From Azolla caroliniana (taxonomy: Eukaryota > Plantae > Polypodiophyta), in NCBI GenBank assembly GCA_043228905.1, contig JBHGNT010000006.1, positions 22,382,001-22,446,000 on the forward strand: 64,000 nt of DNA. Direction: 5' to 3'. Each line of letters opens with the position of its first letter. Position 1 is the stretch's first letter. Of the stretch, positions 1-14,100 are shown one piece after another. Position numbers and translations under genes: made by a program. The notes under the pieces were generated by a model that made no database searches, was not told the origin of the DNA, and saw nothing but the letters and a program-made list of their open reading frames with translations.

Positions 1-670
1 CTATGAATGTAAGATTCTTAAATTAGATATATTGTATTTTTTTTTCTTCAAGAGATCTCTAGCATTACTTGATCCACAATGGAGAAACTTGGAAGCAAGG
101 AAAGCACCTGCAATAGCGAGAGATGATGGCCTTTTTTTGTAGATAACAAGGCTTGTGAGATCATGGTCCATGAGGCCGGGCCCTACGTGCACAACATATT
201 GTTATTGCTAGATCTCTATTGTAACCCACTTGTGTAGCCCTTTCTTGACTTGTAGCACGAGTAAGATTGATGGGCTAAAGACAGTTGTGGTCATTGTTTA
301 TTGATGAGATTGTGTGGTTGTATTGTTATCCTTCAAGAACTTCTCCATGTGTCTCTAACAAGAACAGTCCTAGTTACCATTGGTCCTCATAACTGATTAT
401 CTTGTTTAGTGGGCCATAGCCTTCGTTAAAGAGTCAATGGTATCTCCCTCTTATCTCATGAAAAACTGTACAGTGGCAAATATGGTGTGCTTCAGATTTC
501 ACTACCTGTACAGTGGCAAATTCCTTTCTTCCAGAGGTATGTGAGCATATATCTGCCTACCTCCATCTCTAACAAATGTGAAGAGGTCCACAGCTACCCT
601 ATCACAGTGTGTAGCGCATGCAAGAGATGTATGCCCACAAAAGAGGGCATGATAAAGAATCCATCCTCGG
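1..670 (-). mobile_element. Degenerate non-LTR retrotransposon (LINE) 3' portion, inside the last VPS4/SKD1 intron
   Basis: The reverse complement aligns by eye, colinearly, with 15775-16460. That copy encodes a decayed HQLEIEVG-Y...ERI-QLC...EEHF-xxC LINE ORF2 C-terminal motif. Truncated by the window start. Confidence 0.7.
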
Positions 671-760
671 ATGTGTGTAAAAAGTGTCTTACCAAGAGAT
701 GTGGGGTTAATACATGTTATTTTGTTTCTAAGTTGATAATATCAGTTTGAGAACAGAGAT

Positions 761-925
761 ATTGACGTCTTTTAAGAGGATGAAAATGGCCTAAAAGACC
801 AAACAAGAGATTACATCTTAAAATGTTGTTTTGTCTTTGAGAACGACAAATGAAAATAAATGTAACTAAGAAAAAAGTAAATGAAAATAGAATAAGACGT
901 GACTAAAGAATCTTGTCATCTATAC
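761..925 (-). mobile_element. Short 3'-terminal fragment of the same LINE family
   Basis: ttttaagagg..aaaatggcc..aagaccaaacaagagattacatct..aaataaatgtaactaag..ctaaagaatcttgt matches 61251-61520 and the reverse complement of 16455-16628. Confidence 0.7.
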
Positions 926-1098
926 AAATAGTGAGATGCAGAGAGAGAGACTGATTTTAGTGAGGCAAATAATAAAGAGTATTTTCGGAATTCCGTGAAA
1001 CAAGAGGATTATTTGGGCAAATTTCCCATATATATATTTTCTTATATTTTTCTGCATATTTGTCAATTTAATGTTTTTCTTTTCATTTGGGATTGCAG

Positions 1099-1224
1099 AT
1101 TGTACCTCCACCAATATCAAGAACAGACTTTGAGAAGGTGTTATCAAGACAAAAACCAACAGTCAGCAAACATGACCTCGAGGTCCATGAGAGGTTTACA
1201 AAAGAATTTGGTGAGGATGGTTGA
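1099..1224 (+). CDS. SKD1: Final coding exon of VPS4/SKD1 AAA+ ATPase (ESCRT-III disassembly); upstream exons lie outside the window
   Basis: After a ttgcag acceptor (ends 1098) the frame reads IVPPPISRTDFEKVLSRQKPTVSKHDLEVHERFTKEFGEDG*, the characteristic Vps4_C terminus of plant SKD1. Too short for the ORF track. Confidence 0.93.
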   Translation: MVPPPISRTDFEKVLSRQKPTVSKHDLEVHERFTKEFGEDG

Positions 1225-2498
1225 ATTTGAGAAGTTTCCGATTTGATCATCTGGGTCTTCTTTATCAAAAAGGTTGCTTCTGCAAAGTTTGTATTATATA
1301 CATATATAATGTATGTATACGCTGTTTTAAATGATTGCAACAATCTATTGATAAGTTTGCTTGAGATTTGTCTAATGTCTTGTAGCAGACAATTCTCGCA
1401 TTGGGCTCTTAATTTATTGGCGAGATGGAAAGTTACATACCATTGTTCTCAAAAGATCTTCCAATCTTTGGATTTTTGTATAGATTATAGAAAACTCCCA
1501 AAAAGAGATGGGACGTTTGATTTCAGGTGTAAAGACACTTTATTTGTCAATGATCTAATGACACAATTAATTGTGTGTGGTTTACAATGACCATGATTAT
1601 GATTGATTGGTGTTTAATTGCTTGATCATGCATATGTGAACACCCTCAAAGTTTATTTTATTTGGCAATACGAAGGCCAAAACAAATATATGATTTTGGT
1701 AATTATATATCGTAATAAGTGTATCATGCTTAATGCACATTTGAATATATGGAATGGATTGAAGGTTTGTCTACAATGCATTGTTGATGTGAATAGAATC
1801 GAGTAAAGTTTGACAATGGTCAATATCGACATTCCAACATGCCAAAATACAAACATTCACACAATAAAATTTTGTATGTACATATTTTGGTTGAAGGCTC
1901 TCTAGAAAATACCAAAATGTTATGCTTTGAACCACATTCCTAGCAAAATCACACCAGTCTTTTAAGTTTTAGTTCTCTTTTGGGTATTTAAAATGGAACC
2001 CTTTTTGAAATTTCAAAGATTGAGAGTACATAATAAATCCTATTGGGCCAAGACCAAACCACACAATTGTGGTAGCATAGTTTAATGATTTGTATATATC
2101 TTCAATTCATAGTTCTAGGCTCTAGCCATATGTCTCATTCGTGCCATACTCATACATGAAATGGCTCCAATCATAAAGTACATAAAACCCCCATTAGTTA
2201 TAGACCAATTTGTTCATATAATGGCTCATTATTTAATAAACCTTTAAGTGGCTACATCATTAACTACAATACCTTAAAGACTCCCACTCCCTTGTCCAAA
2301 CTTTAGACAGACATAAAACACTGCCTAATAGTTTTACTTCTTCTTTTGATGTTGAATCTCTCTACCAAGAGTATCCCACCAAAATTAGGACTCCTGGCCC
2401 TAAAAAAACATTATTGCTCCCCAAAAAACTAGTCTTATATGCACTATAATTGAAATCCATACGCAATACATACATACATACGGTGTACGTATTGTGTG

Positions 2499-2501
<3 letters not shown>

Positions 2502-2547
<46 letters not shown>
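2502..2547. repeat. (GA)n microsatellite
   Basis: About 23 uninterrupted GA units. Confidence 0.95.
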
Positions 2548-2549
<2 letters not shown>

Positions 2550-2551
<2 letters not shown>

Positions 2552-2678
2552 TGTAGTGGGAAGTATGCATATGATTGTTATGGCCATAACAATCATCTGC
2601 ATACAGGGATGATATATGTAGTGGGAAGTATGCAGATGATTCTTATGGCCATAACAATCATCTGCATATAGGGATGAT
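2550..2678. repeat. Two tandem 65-bp units, each carrying a ~40-bp near-perfect palindrome
   Basis: tatgtagtgggaag-tatgca(t/g)atgatt(g/c)ttatggccataacaatcatctgcata repeats at 2550 and 2615. Confidence 0.9.
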
Positions 2679-3907
2679 TGAAAATCATTCAGCTTTGGCA
2701 AAGCCTATGTGCTGTCTTTCCATAATCAAACACTGTATGGTACACTCCTATGAACACATCTCCTAAGATCTTTGGAGTGGAAAGAAATGAATCCATTGAT
2801 TGAGGCACCAAATCATCCAGAAAAGAAAAAATGTAGCCTCTTTTTAAATCACCATATACCACAAGGGTCCAACAGGTATATCCAAACCAATAAAGCCACT
2901 CATGCATTTGTGAGGCTTCACCTTATCCAAAACTTAATATATTAATATACTCATACGATGCGATGTCCACCAAATTGGACGTATGCGAATATTAGGAACT
3001 ATGCTTCGATTTGAGCTTGAAAACCCTCAAACATCCTGGTTTGAGTAGTTTTAGTTTAATAGGTTTTGGTTTGGTTTTGTTTAGGTTTCAAAAATCCTAA
3101 ACAATTTGATTCTTGAAGTGAATGGAGCGCGCGAGTCCTTGCTTAGTACTAATTAATATGTGTGTGTGTGTGAGGGAGAGATAGTAATATGTAATGATTC
3201 CAATTATTTCTTATTTTTGCTATTCTTACCGTGAACAAAGAACAAAGAAATCGCTTACTTGATCATTTGTCTTGTTCGCTAAAATATATACCACGAAGGA
3301 AAGAGTCAAGACTTGGAGTTGGCATGACTTTGGTTTCATGGAGCGACATATGTATATACCCCAAAGCACTATATGATCCTACTAAATTTCAAACATAATT
3401 TGGTTGCTCAAAATTCAATATCTTAAAGGTATGCAATATGTATGTAGGTACTCAATTTTGGACAAAGATAAATTGGCATTTTGTGGAATGAGGTTAGTGT
3501 GTACTATGGGAAAATGGGCAATGCAACTTCATGGTGGCATGTTGTTAAAAGTGTTGGCCATTTAAATGTTCAAAACCTATTAGGGTTAACAGTTAGTACT
3601 CTCTTGGCAACAAAGTTTGAAATTGTTTGATTGACAACCCCATGAATATAGAAAAGGTAGTAATTCTTTACCATAAGAGATAACTTTATTGGAATAGAAA
3701 AGAAAATCTCAAGTTAATAAACCAATAGAATGGCAAGGCTTGGCCTTGTAGATTTGGAACTTTTTTAGAGTCACATAGGCAACTCATGGCCTTTCAACCA
3801 ATGCAAACTAAGTTTCCTATAACTTTGGGATATGGTAATGTTTGGCAATCAATATTGGCATTGTCCATTCTAGTTAGCTCAATATTAGAGTTGCTAGTAG
3901 AGGAACT

Positions 3908-4109
3908 CTAATATTTGTCATTATTGGGACATTATGATAGGTTAGCAATGTCTTGATCATAGCTCAAGGGCGGTGGGGAAGATCGAGTTCTTGCTCAAGG
4001 GTGGTGGGGAAGGTACTAGTCAACCTAATATCTGTCAGTATTAGGACATTATGATAGGTTAGCAATGTCTTGGTCATAGCTCAAGGGCGGTGGGGAAGAT
4101 CGAGTTCTT
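3908..4109. repeat. Imperfect direct duplication (~85 bp, period ~118)
   Basis: ctaatat.tgtca.tatt.ggacattatgataggttagcaatgtcttg.tcatagctcaagggcggtggggaagatcgagttctt occurs at ~3908 and ~4026. Confidence 0.85.
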
Positions 4110-5173
4110 CTATCCAATCTATTCACCTTTCTTTTACTTTAATTTGGTCTATTGATTAGTAATAGACTCTTAACAATGCAATATCATCTTCCATTTTGTG
4201 GAAAGGTGTTTCTTTGGTATGCAATGGTTAGTGGGTTGTCTTTGGCGATGGCTTTAAGATGAAGACACATTTTACATGGTACATATCCTTTCTTTAGAAT
4301 GGTTGATGAAGATACCAAACATAGGTGTAATATATGTCTTGTATAATTATCTTTGATAATTACATTCCTAATGTTTATGGTAGGAGCATTCTTTACACTT
4401 GTACATATAATTATGGTGATTTATTTTAAGTATTAAGTAAATGTAGTTAAGTCTCGTAATGTATTGTGGTAAGAGTACTATTGAGAGGAACAATTAGAGT
4501 TTGCTTCGATATTTAACATACTCTCACTTATCTCGCCTACAAGAGAGTAGATGTAGAACAATCCCACACAATGACCTCATGGTAATTCTTGTGAAGAACA
4601 TCATGACTAAGCCATGAGCTCAATAAACAATCAAAATTTGCCATATTATTTAGTCTTCTCATTCTCATATTTGTTACAGCTCCATGTATTCCGCTCATTA
4701 GTGAGATTTTGTATTTAATGCACATTATTTCTCATGTTCCCATTCTAATTGATATAAGGCATGTGTCAAAAGAAAAGCTAACGCTTAAAAAAGGGGGAAA
4801 GTTCTCCAAAACTCTAAGGATAATAGGTGATAGACAAAGAATGGAAATAATATTTGATTTAATAAAGGAAAAATCCACCTTTTCTTTGTGAAATGTATGC
4901 TTTTATGGGCTTTTTGGTACATGTTGTCTTGCCAATCAATGAGAATGAGTTGAATACTATTGAGCACCGAATATAAATGGGTCTCATTCAATGGTGGAAT
5001 TGGTGCATCAAGGGTCTATATTATAGTATATGTTGGCAATGTAGCTACTATCACAACATATAAGGGAAAATAAATAGATGAAACTTATCTTTTTAAAGGA
5101 ACATGAAAACTAGTTTTCTTTCCCCTTTGATTGGAGAAAGATGAATAGGTCGATGGTCAATGCTAGTGTTTGG

Positions 5174-5504
5174 CATAGTTGTTAAAAACGTGTATTCTAC
5201 GTTTACAGTACTTTGAAGTATTCTACACGTATTCTATGTTTTAGAATTGCCATTTTTCAAATTTTCACGTATTCTATGTATTTAACAACTATTTAACATT
5301 TCAAAAAGTTTTTAATTTTTTTTGAGAATTTTGTTTTTTTAATTTAAGAAGTATTTAACATATTTTACATGCGTTCTAAGTATTTAACGTATTTTATTTG
5401 TAAAGAACGTATTCTAAGTATTTTAAAAAAGAAGTTAGAATACTTGTAAAATACTTAGCATATTTATTTTACGTGTATAGTATGCTTAGTTTTCTACAAC
5501 AATG
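5174..5504. mobile_element. hAT-superfamily MITE (non-autonomous DNA transposon)
   Basis: Imperfect TIRs catagttgttaaaaac / gttttctacaacaatg. Perfect 8-bp TSD GTGTTTGG at 5166-5173 and 5505-5512. Subterminal cgtattcta/tatttaac repeats. Confidence 0.88.
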
Positions 5505-6896
5505 GTGTTTGGTTGGCAGTCAAGGATTAACAAGTTGGATGACATAGAGCTTACGATAGTATGAACCATATGTACCACACGTGCATTCACATTCGAGTAT
5601 GGTAAACACCCTCGAAGTATGGTAAATACCATACTTTTGTATTCATTATTTATTATATAAGGGAAAAAACATAAGAATGTTTTGATAACATACGCATTCA
5701 TTTTCATTCATATGAAATAGAATGTTTGCCAATGGATTCTAGTATATTACGTACTATGGAGCCTACAATGTATTTCTCCCTTTCCTACAAACAAAACATT
5801 TCTCATTGGTTATGGCTTGTTGTAGTTGTTCTCAAAGCAGAACTACCAAGAACATGCCATTAACCAAGTACAGTTCAGGTTCAATGCATGTGGTCTAGTT
5901 GTGGCTACCCACTTGACAATACAACATATGAGACCCATAGCAAGTTTAATCTTGCTCTATGTGCAAACTCTCCATTCTCTTATACACATAGAATTGCTTG
6001 AGATCCCTGCTCCATACACATAAAGAACACTCTCCCTTTCTAACAACAGAATAGGCCTAACATGTTCATTACACTTAAAGAGTTACCATGGTTACAATTA
6101 AAGATCTTGATCATTAGATTGTTGTCTCAACCTTACCAGAATGCAATAATGTCTCAATCCATGTTGTGTATTTCTTGGGGCTTCCTTTAAGTTTCGGTTT
6201 ATTGGGTCTATGAGTAATGTCTTTGACCAAGGTTCTCCCCATGATGATGAGAACCTTGACTAGCGTTCACTTTAACATTGGAACCCTTGACTAGCATGTC
6301 AACAATCTTCAATTTGGCTTAGACCACTTCTCCCTACAAGCAAGTGCATTACTCTTTTCTCCTCCTTCATCTTTTGTTGTCAACTCAGTGAGCCCATCTT
6401 ATCGTCCTTGCTCCTTGCAATTCGTTTATCGTAGTGCCTCTAGATCCTAAGCTCAACAACGTAGATGCAATGAAGCTTTGTAGAGGAGATTTCCTCCATG
6501 AGCACATTACACACTCTTATTATACACAATAAATCACCAATCTTCATTAATACTAGTCAAGAGATGCCCTTTGTTAACAAGTCATAGAGTGCTCACTAAT
6601 TACATTCCACAATATCCAACTAAACCACACACTAATATACATCCCCCTCACAAATATCAAATATATCATGTTCCTCTCTCAAACTCCACACCTTGTTTTA
6701 GGAGTATTTTCAAGCTAGAAATTTTTACTTACATTAGAGATACTCATTATTGAAATCCATGTGAATTAGTTATGGTAGCTCAAAACCTACAATCATTTGT
6801 GAGATTCAATCAACAACATTATAGATAAGAGAGGCATCTTTACAAGCAATGGGAGGGAGGAAGAAAGAGTGAGGAAACATGATATATTTGTTAATT

Positions 6897-8312
6897 CTAT
6901 TCGTCTCCGTCATCTGTGACAAACTTCCCTGTCCCAGGATTGATGGCAGCTACTAAGAAGAAAACAACCCATACTAGCACGAGGGGCTCGATCTCATTAA
7001 TGGGCACTCCAGTTTCAATGTTGAGTTGGGCCAATGTTCCTTTGCCAGTGATAACTTCCCCAATGATGGAGAAGGCAATGCCAAGTTGAGCCATCCTCCC
7101 CACAAATAACTCATTTGCCTTGGTAAAGCCAAAGGTAGGACCTACACACATGTTTCAAAAAATGAGTTTTTGCAATTTCGACATCTTTTGCTTGTCCACT
7201 TCGTGAGACAATCATTCTCTCCAAAGTTAAAAATGTTACATAAGGTTTTGGGTTAGGGAATTGCACACAACGGAATTAATGACACTTTGGTTTTCACTTG
7301 CCAAGTCTCAAAACCATTGAAAAAGATGTCTTATGTTTGGTTCCTCGACCCATACACGCACCCACACATGACCTAGAGACTTTGCAAAGGTTTTTAAGCT
7401 TTTACTCACCACCCTCATCCAAACCAAGGGCAGACTTCCACCCCTTTCCAGGCGCAATAATGGCTTTGTCTAGACCGGTAGGATCAATTGGATCGTCGAC
7501 AAACTTCCCTCTATCCCCCAACGCTCCAATGGCTCCTAGCAAAGTGAAGAGAATGAAGAAAAGAAGTAAAGGCTCGGTCTCGTTTAAGGGAAGCCCTGTC
7601 TCTAGATCAAATTGAGCCAAGGTTCCCTTTCCAGTCAATGCTTCACCAAGTATAGAAGCCTACAAAAATGCATGGGAACAAAGACATGGTCAAATGGATG
7701 ATGTTTTAAACATGGTTTCGTAATTCATTTCAAACAAATAACACATAGACATGTAGACAAATGACCTAACTAAAAAGCATTTCATGCCATGATAGTATTA
7801 TCCATTGCTACCTATAGGACTATATTCTATTAATCATGCAATATAGTGTATGATAAAGAATGGAAGTGTTTTGGTAATAAAATTTTCTTACCGCAAACCC
7901 AATCATGGCAACTCGACCAACAAAGAGCTCATTTTGCTTGGTAAAGCCAATACCACCTGAGGTTCCGAAAATGCCATCTTCTACTTTAAGTTTCGGCTTA
8001 GATTTAGGTGGTGCCTTTTGCTCGATGGTCTACATTGAAAAAACAAGAGAGACAAAACATAGACGTGTTAGGAATCCAAGTTTGACATGTAACAAAGTTA
8101 ATGGTATTAGTTTCTTTACAACCACTTTCTTTAACTACCTTCTTTTTACTACCAAAGAGAGCTAAGGTTCGGAGAACTGGAGCTAAGTTTTTGTTGGGAG
8201 GAACGAGTCGAGAGAGAGAAATGTGATGATTAAGGTGGATCAAACCACATTGATAAAATGGAGAAAAAGCAGAAGAAAGGGAAGAACGAGAAAGAATGCT
8301 AGATTGAGCCAT
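6897..8312 (-). CDS. psbS: Photosystem II subunit S (22 kDa NPQ pH sensor), 268 aa, 4 exons
   Basis: Exons 8312-8139, 8029-7892, 7659-7410 and 7141-6897 have GT-AG boundaries and consistent phase, totalling 807 nt. A Ser-rich transit peptide is followed by KVEDGIFGTSGGIGFTKQNELFVGRVAMIGFAASILGEALTGKG, then a second repeat GFTKANELFVGRMAQLG. Both lumenal loops (DLETGLP, NIETGVP) keep their glutamates. Confidence 0.97.
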
Positions 8313-11119
8313 GAATATAAAATGAGAAAGATAGATTGATACAGAAGTCTTCTAAACTATAAAATATTCGACCTTCCAAAGTGTGAGGAGAAGAAATGTT
8401 TGAGAGATTTTGTGGAATTTGATAAGGCCCTCATTAATGTGAGGTTCAAGTTTCTTCACCACCTTTTTTATTGTTGGTTTTTAATGTGGCGCACCTTGTC
8501 CACTTGGTAACCATCCATCAATCCACATCACCATGAACTTTAGGTTTTCTTTAACCTTTTAAGGGTAGGCTTAAAGAAGACCACAAGAGTCTCATCAACT
8601 TTTGTCTACATACATCCCATTCCTAGATATCCTTGCTAATGCAACCATACCCCATGGCACACATGATGCACTCTCCCATGCCCCGTTTCTCGTTCTTACA
8701 ATTATGGGTGTCAGAAGAAAAACTTTTTGGACTCCCTACATTGCACAACGTGTTGGATCCCCATGGATCTCATGTGTTTCGCTTTTTATCATTTTTACAC
8801 ATTTTCTCTCCGCCTCCAATTCCGCAAGTCTACCCATTCTAATTTTGGTTTATTGGTTATCTGCTTCATTGCTCTAGTTTGAGCTTCCTCTTGACAAACC
8901 ACCAATGAAAACAGAAGTTCTACTTCAATACAATAATTTTTCTATTGTGAATGAGTCTTTTGATTTGAACCAAACAATAATAAAAATTGCCTTGTCTTCT
9001 ATTTTGGTGTAAATTTTCACATTTTTTTCACATAAAAGCATACTTGGGTTCTTTTCCCCTCTACCAAAAATTTGTATATGACATTACTAACATGTGGACA
9101 CGTTTCAAGTTTGTCTTCTACATTGAGCACCTACAAAAGATTAGCTAGACATAACCCAAATTTCGTTTAACCACAAATTTCACAATGTATAGAAATTGAC
9201 ATCTCCAATCTCTTTAAGACACATGCCTTGCAACGTGATGAGACAATTTCCATACAAATTATTATTCAATTCACAACAACAAAGCACACCACCACATTCC
9301 CCATCTTTTTCTTTACCTATTTGTAAAATGATGCATTTGGAGATTCATGTCAATGATTTTCTATGGGCCCACTGTGAATATAAAGTAAATGTACACTATA
9401 CATTGTTTACGCATTTTCAAAATTTTCTTGTCAAAGTTTGTATTTTCATGATGTCTCAAAGTTGTTGAGAACCTTGGCAAGGACAACTATTACTTGCCAG
9501 ACATAACCCAAAGCTAAATCTTTTAAAGAAAGTGAAGACAACATGAAATAACTTGTGACTTACTACTAGTCCAATAATTTTGTTATGTTGCTCGCAAGCA
9601 TAAGAGTTGAATCTGTATTACCCATCATCCTAACTTTTACAATTAAAATCTACATCTCATTTTTACAAAATTTCTACTTTAAGGTTGCATCAAGAAAGCA
9701 TTAACAAGATGGGAGACTGAATATGCAAAGGCATGCATATCAAACATACCCATTTAGACTAGGATTCTATACACCTTCCGATATACTCTCTTTTTTCTCC
9801 AAAATAAAGCTACTTTCCCATTAGTTAAGAAGGATTATTACAAAGGACTATACAAGGAGGCTTAAACATAGATCAAGGAATCTCCCTCCGATCAAGTTCA
9901 AAAAAATGAGACTAGTTACATCGTCTTTCAGACTGACTACTTAATGTAAGTACCTATAGCTAAAATGGTGCCCTGCAATGATGGCTAGTACGAGACAACT
10001 CTTGGGGTCGATAGCAATACACCTTCCGATATACTTGTTTCTCCAATGTTCAATCTACTTATTAACCAAAACCTTCCAATATTCGCTTGTAAACAATAAA
10101 AAAAATTTGTTTGATGCACACCTTGGATAACAAAACGACACAGAATTAAACACTGGAAGGAATCCCATAAGAAAAATGAAGAATAAAACATTTTCCTGAT
10201 CGCAAGGAATGATCCACAACTTTCACATTCTACACTGATGTTTGAACATAACTCCCAAACAAGAATCCATCGCTTTACAGGATAAAAATCCAAATACTCA
10301 TGTTTTTAACACACCAAACAAATACCATGCTTTCATTTGAACTTTCTACATTGATTCCCACGTATACAAGAAATTCATGTGTTAAAAATATGACAACATT
10401 TAATTTAATAGAATACGGAAGTATAGAAAGAATTTGGAATAGGTGTTGGTTATTGGTTAACATATTACATATTCATGGTATTTTACTTAAAGAAGACAAG
10501 ATATTCATTAATGGTGTTAAAAATACAACAATAATAATTTTATTGACAGAATGTGATAAGCCTAGAAAGAATTAGAATAGGTGTTGTGTTACCCATTCCG
10601 ATCTGTGTTCATGTAACATTGTGTAAACATGTACATACATGAACATGACCATGTTTCTTTCCAGTGAAGCAATGAAAATGAGCTTCACGACAGCAAGGTC
10701 GCAGCTACTTAACAAATCTCTCCTGTAATCCAAGACATGAAAAATTTTAGATCTTGAAGAGGCTATAAATAAACCTTGAAAACCACAACACATAACATCC
10801 CAAGAGAAAACACAATGTAGAAAGAATTGATTGTTTTCACCATTCAAATAAGCCCACCATCACTCATTAGTTGGGCTATTATTTCGTATTTTTGCAGAGT
10901 ACTTACCCAATGAGCATGCAAAGTTTAGATTGGTTGCTCCTTTAAAAAAGAAATGGCTTTACAAATCCAATTTTAACATCTCAAAGGTTGAATCAACTTT
11001 TCATACAATTTCATTTGATGGTTCCATTGTAAGAGTCGAAAACAATGGGATTGTAACTTCCATAGGCAATACAAAAAAAACAAGAGAACAAAAACATGAT
11101 TCTTTCTTTAAGTTCACAA

Positions 11120-14100
11120 TCATGAGCTAAAACACCTACCTGCTGAATTGTTAATATTTTCTTCTGCTGATCCACTTGGAGAAGCTGCATCCTGCCAGGT
11201 TATTGAACTCAATAAAGGCATATTCTCGGAAGAGTTTGCTTCTCCCTTACCCTTTTCATATACATCCCTCTTACAAATCGGACAAAAGGGTCTTCGATTT
11301 AACCATGGATCAATACAAGATACATGGAATCCTGCCAAATATTTATAAAAACAAAATAGGTTTCTTCATTTCATGCATTAAAACACATTGTAAGCCAATA
11401 AAACAGATAATTCCCGAATTATTATTATGGAGAGCTTAGCCTAGTGGTTTAGTTCCCTTGCCCTGTAAGTGATGGGTCAAAAGTTCAACTCCTGCTCTCA
11501 CCCTTAAATTGTTGTAGAAATGGTGACCAACCCTCATCTTGTATTGACAACTTATCCTTCAACTATCACCGAGATGGCATTTGAGCCCCAATATATATAA
11601 TGCATGGATGTGGACATGTATGTAAATATGTATGAAGGTGTGTTGGCATGCATAAGTAAATACATCTTTACCATGATTGCACTGGAATATTCGGAGCTTT
11701 TCCCCATCTGCGAACTCTTCGAGACAAATGGTACAGGTTTCAGGGCTTGCAACGTCCTTTTGATTGTAGGTGGAAGTAGAAAGAGTTTTAATCTCATCAT
11801 TGCTCAGCCCGGTAGGTTCCTGCACTATGCGTATAGTCACCCGCCTAAGCTGTTGCCTTCGCAGAAGAAAGAAAGTAGATAATACAGCTGAAACTGTGAG
11901 CAAAGAAATTGAAGAGATTGCAAGAATCGACCAAGCACTAGTTTCAAGTGCAGGAAGTAGATACAATCTTGCATCCTTATCATCCACAAACTCCGACAGT
12001 ATATATCCGGCCTCTCTCGATATGAAAACAGCAGGTATATCAATGTTGGATCCATCCCCAGACACTGCAATTGCATAACAAATATCATCAAATTTATAAA
12101 CCATACTGAGAATGACACAGTTTACATTATAATAGATATCCGTCTATAACCTTAATAAAACTACTACTTCATAAGGTCAACAATTTGTGCTGCAATTTTC
12201 TACTATGAATGTGTGTTTCAGAATAACCTCCTTCATACTGAGAGCCCTCACTTTAACACATTGAAATGAAGGAGAAGAATGGATTGAGGGGTGCTAAACC
12301 ACACTGACCACCCCCAAGCGAAGGACATGAGACAAACATAAAATACCATCACTGTCCCATACCAATCAAATATTACCTTACGCTATACCTTGGTTGTTGA
12401 ATAATGGATTAAAAGAAGAGATCTTAGACTCGCCAATAGAGCCTTGATAGCTTCTCAAGAAGCTGTAATGAAGGGAGTAGCAAGTCGCCTTTATATAGAC
12501 CAACAAAGGTCCCTCTGGATGGGAAGAGCAGGAGACGGATCAGCTGGAGTCGATAGGTAACTCAGCCGATGCTGAAAAATCGGCTAATCGAAATTGACTC
12601 GGCTAATAGCCGAATCGATCGTATCCAATTGGGCTATATTTGTAAATAGTCATTTATGTATATGAGTATAAATATAGTTAGGGCAAGTCGTTAAGCATTA
12701 TGAAAAAGGAGTTGCCTTTGTAACTAGAGTGTGTTGTGAGAGAGAGTGTGAGATTAGAAGTAACTTTGTTGTAACCGTTTGTTAGATGAAGACAAGCTCG
12801 AGGTTGTTGCCTGCGAGTCTCCTTGTATCCTCTCATACATAGTGTAACAGTTCGGAGACTGTGGGCTCCCGTGGTTTTTCCCTTTCAGGGTTTTCCACGT
12901 AAACATCTTGTGTCCTCTTGTTTGTGTATTCATTTTCTGTTCTTTCATTCCACTTATGAGTGATAATCGGTTGTGGCCGATCCCATAATCAACACACCTA
13001 AGGCACCTAGACCACCACGTGTTGCCACATGTCATAGGTCCATACAAGACATCACACAAGGATGCATAAAGAAGCCACAAATGCCTTTCCCCACACAACA
13101 GGCAATGCACCCAAACATAATAGAGTCATCCAAAATAGTTTGTATTATGAGGAAATGTAGTAATACAAAAAGTTGCAAAGAAACTCGGGGATTTGCACAT
13201 AAAAATAAGCGAGCAACAACTAATTTCCAACTCATGAGGAAGAAGAAGAGATCATATTTGGTTAAATTTGAAGCACATGTGTATCCCAGGCAGCCCCTAC
13301 TCCACCTATATGGATCACAGCCACATGAATCCACCTTTTTTAGTCCACAAAATTTAAGAAACACATTGATCAGTTACAATTTGGGAAGACTCAAGATCGC
13401 GATGGATTGATAGGAGAGCACTTTATCTATGCCCGTAACACCTTGCTCCCATTGCTAGCACACATCTTTAACAAACCTATATCTGAAGGTTTCACTACTA
13501 CCTCAACAGAACATACCATTGTGCCAATTTTCAAGAGCAGAAACCCCATGATGTCAAGCAATCCTAGAGCCAGAATTGAGAGTGTGGGCAGAGAGGAATG
13601 GCTGCCACTGCTGGACAGGCAAGCGTTCGAAAGAGGTTCACAACTTTGGATCACATATTGACCCTCCCTAATCACGCAGGGCACTGCCCACAAAGAGAAG
13701 ATTGATTGTCACTTTGTGGATTTCCAAAAATTCTTCAACACTGTAACACACTTCCCTCATGCAGCAGCTAGAAGCCCTTAGTGTCCCCACAGATATGGCA
13801 TGCACTATATGAATCCATGTCATGAAAGGTGTGGTCTTCATATAGGTTGTCGGAGGCTATGGCTAGCACAGTTGGAGTAAAACAAGGATGCCTACTATCA
13901 CCCACTCTCTTTAATCTCTATATAGATGAGGTATCACATTACATAGAGAGATTCAGGAGATCGGAAGGATGCTTAGCGAGTATAACCATACAAATATAAC
14001 GATATGTTGATGACACTGAGCTTATTTCCAACTGTCTGAAGGGACTATAACTTAAACCATTGGTATGTCATTGAAATCACGTAACTTGAAATCTGACATG

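Noticed and set aside
6060-6530. Possible gypsy integrase C-terminal remnant on the minus strand
   Set aside because: Too degenerate to call by eye.
8320-8520. Light-responsive motifs (GATAAG I-box, GATA repeats) upstream of PsbS
   Set aside because: Short motifs are expected by chance and the TSS is unknown, so not reported as a feature.
9600-10290. Possible L1 endonuclease remnant between PsbS and RMR
   Set aside because: Only faint motif resemblance; cannot be supported without a profile search.
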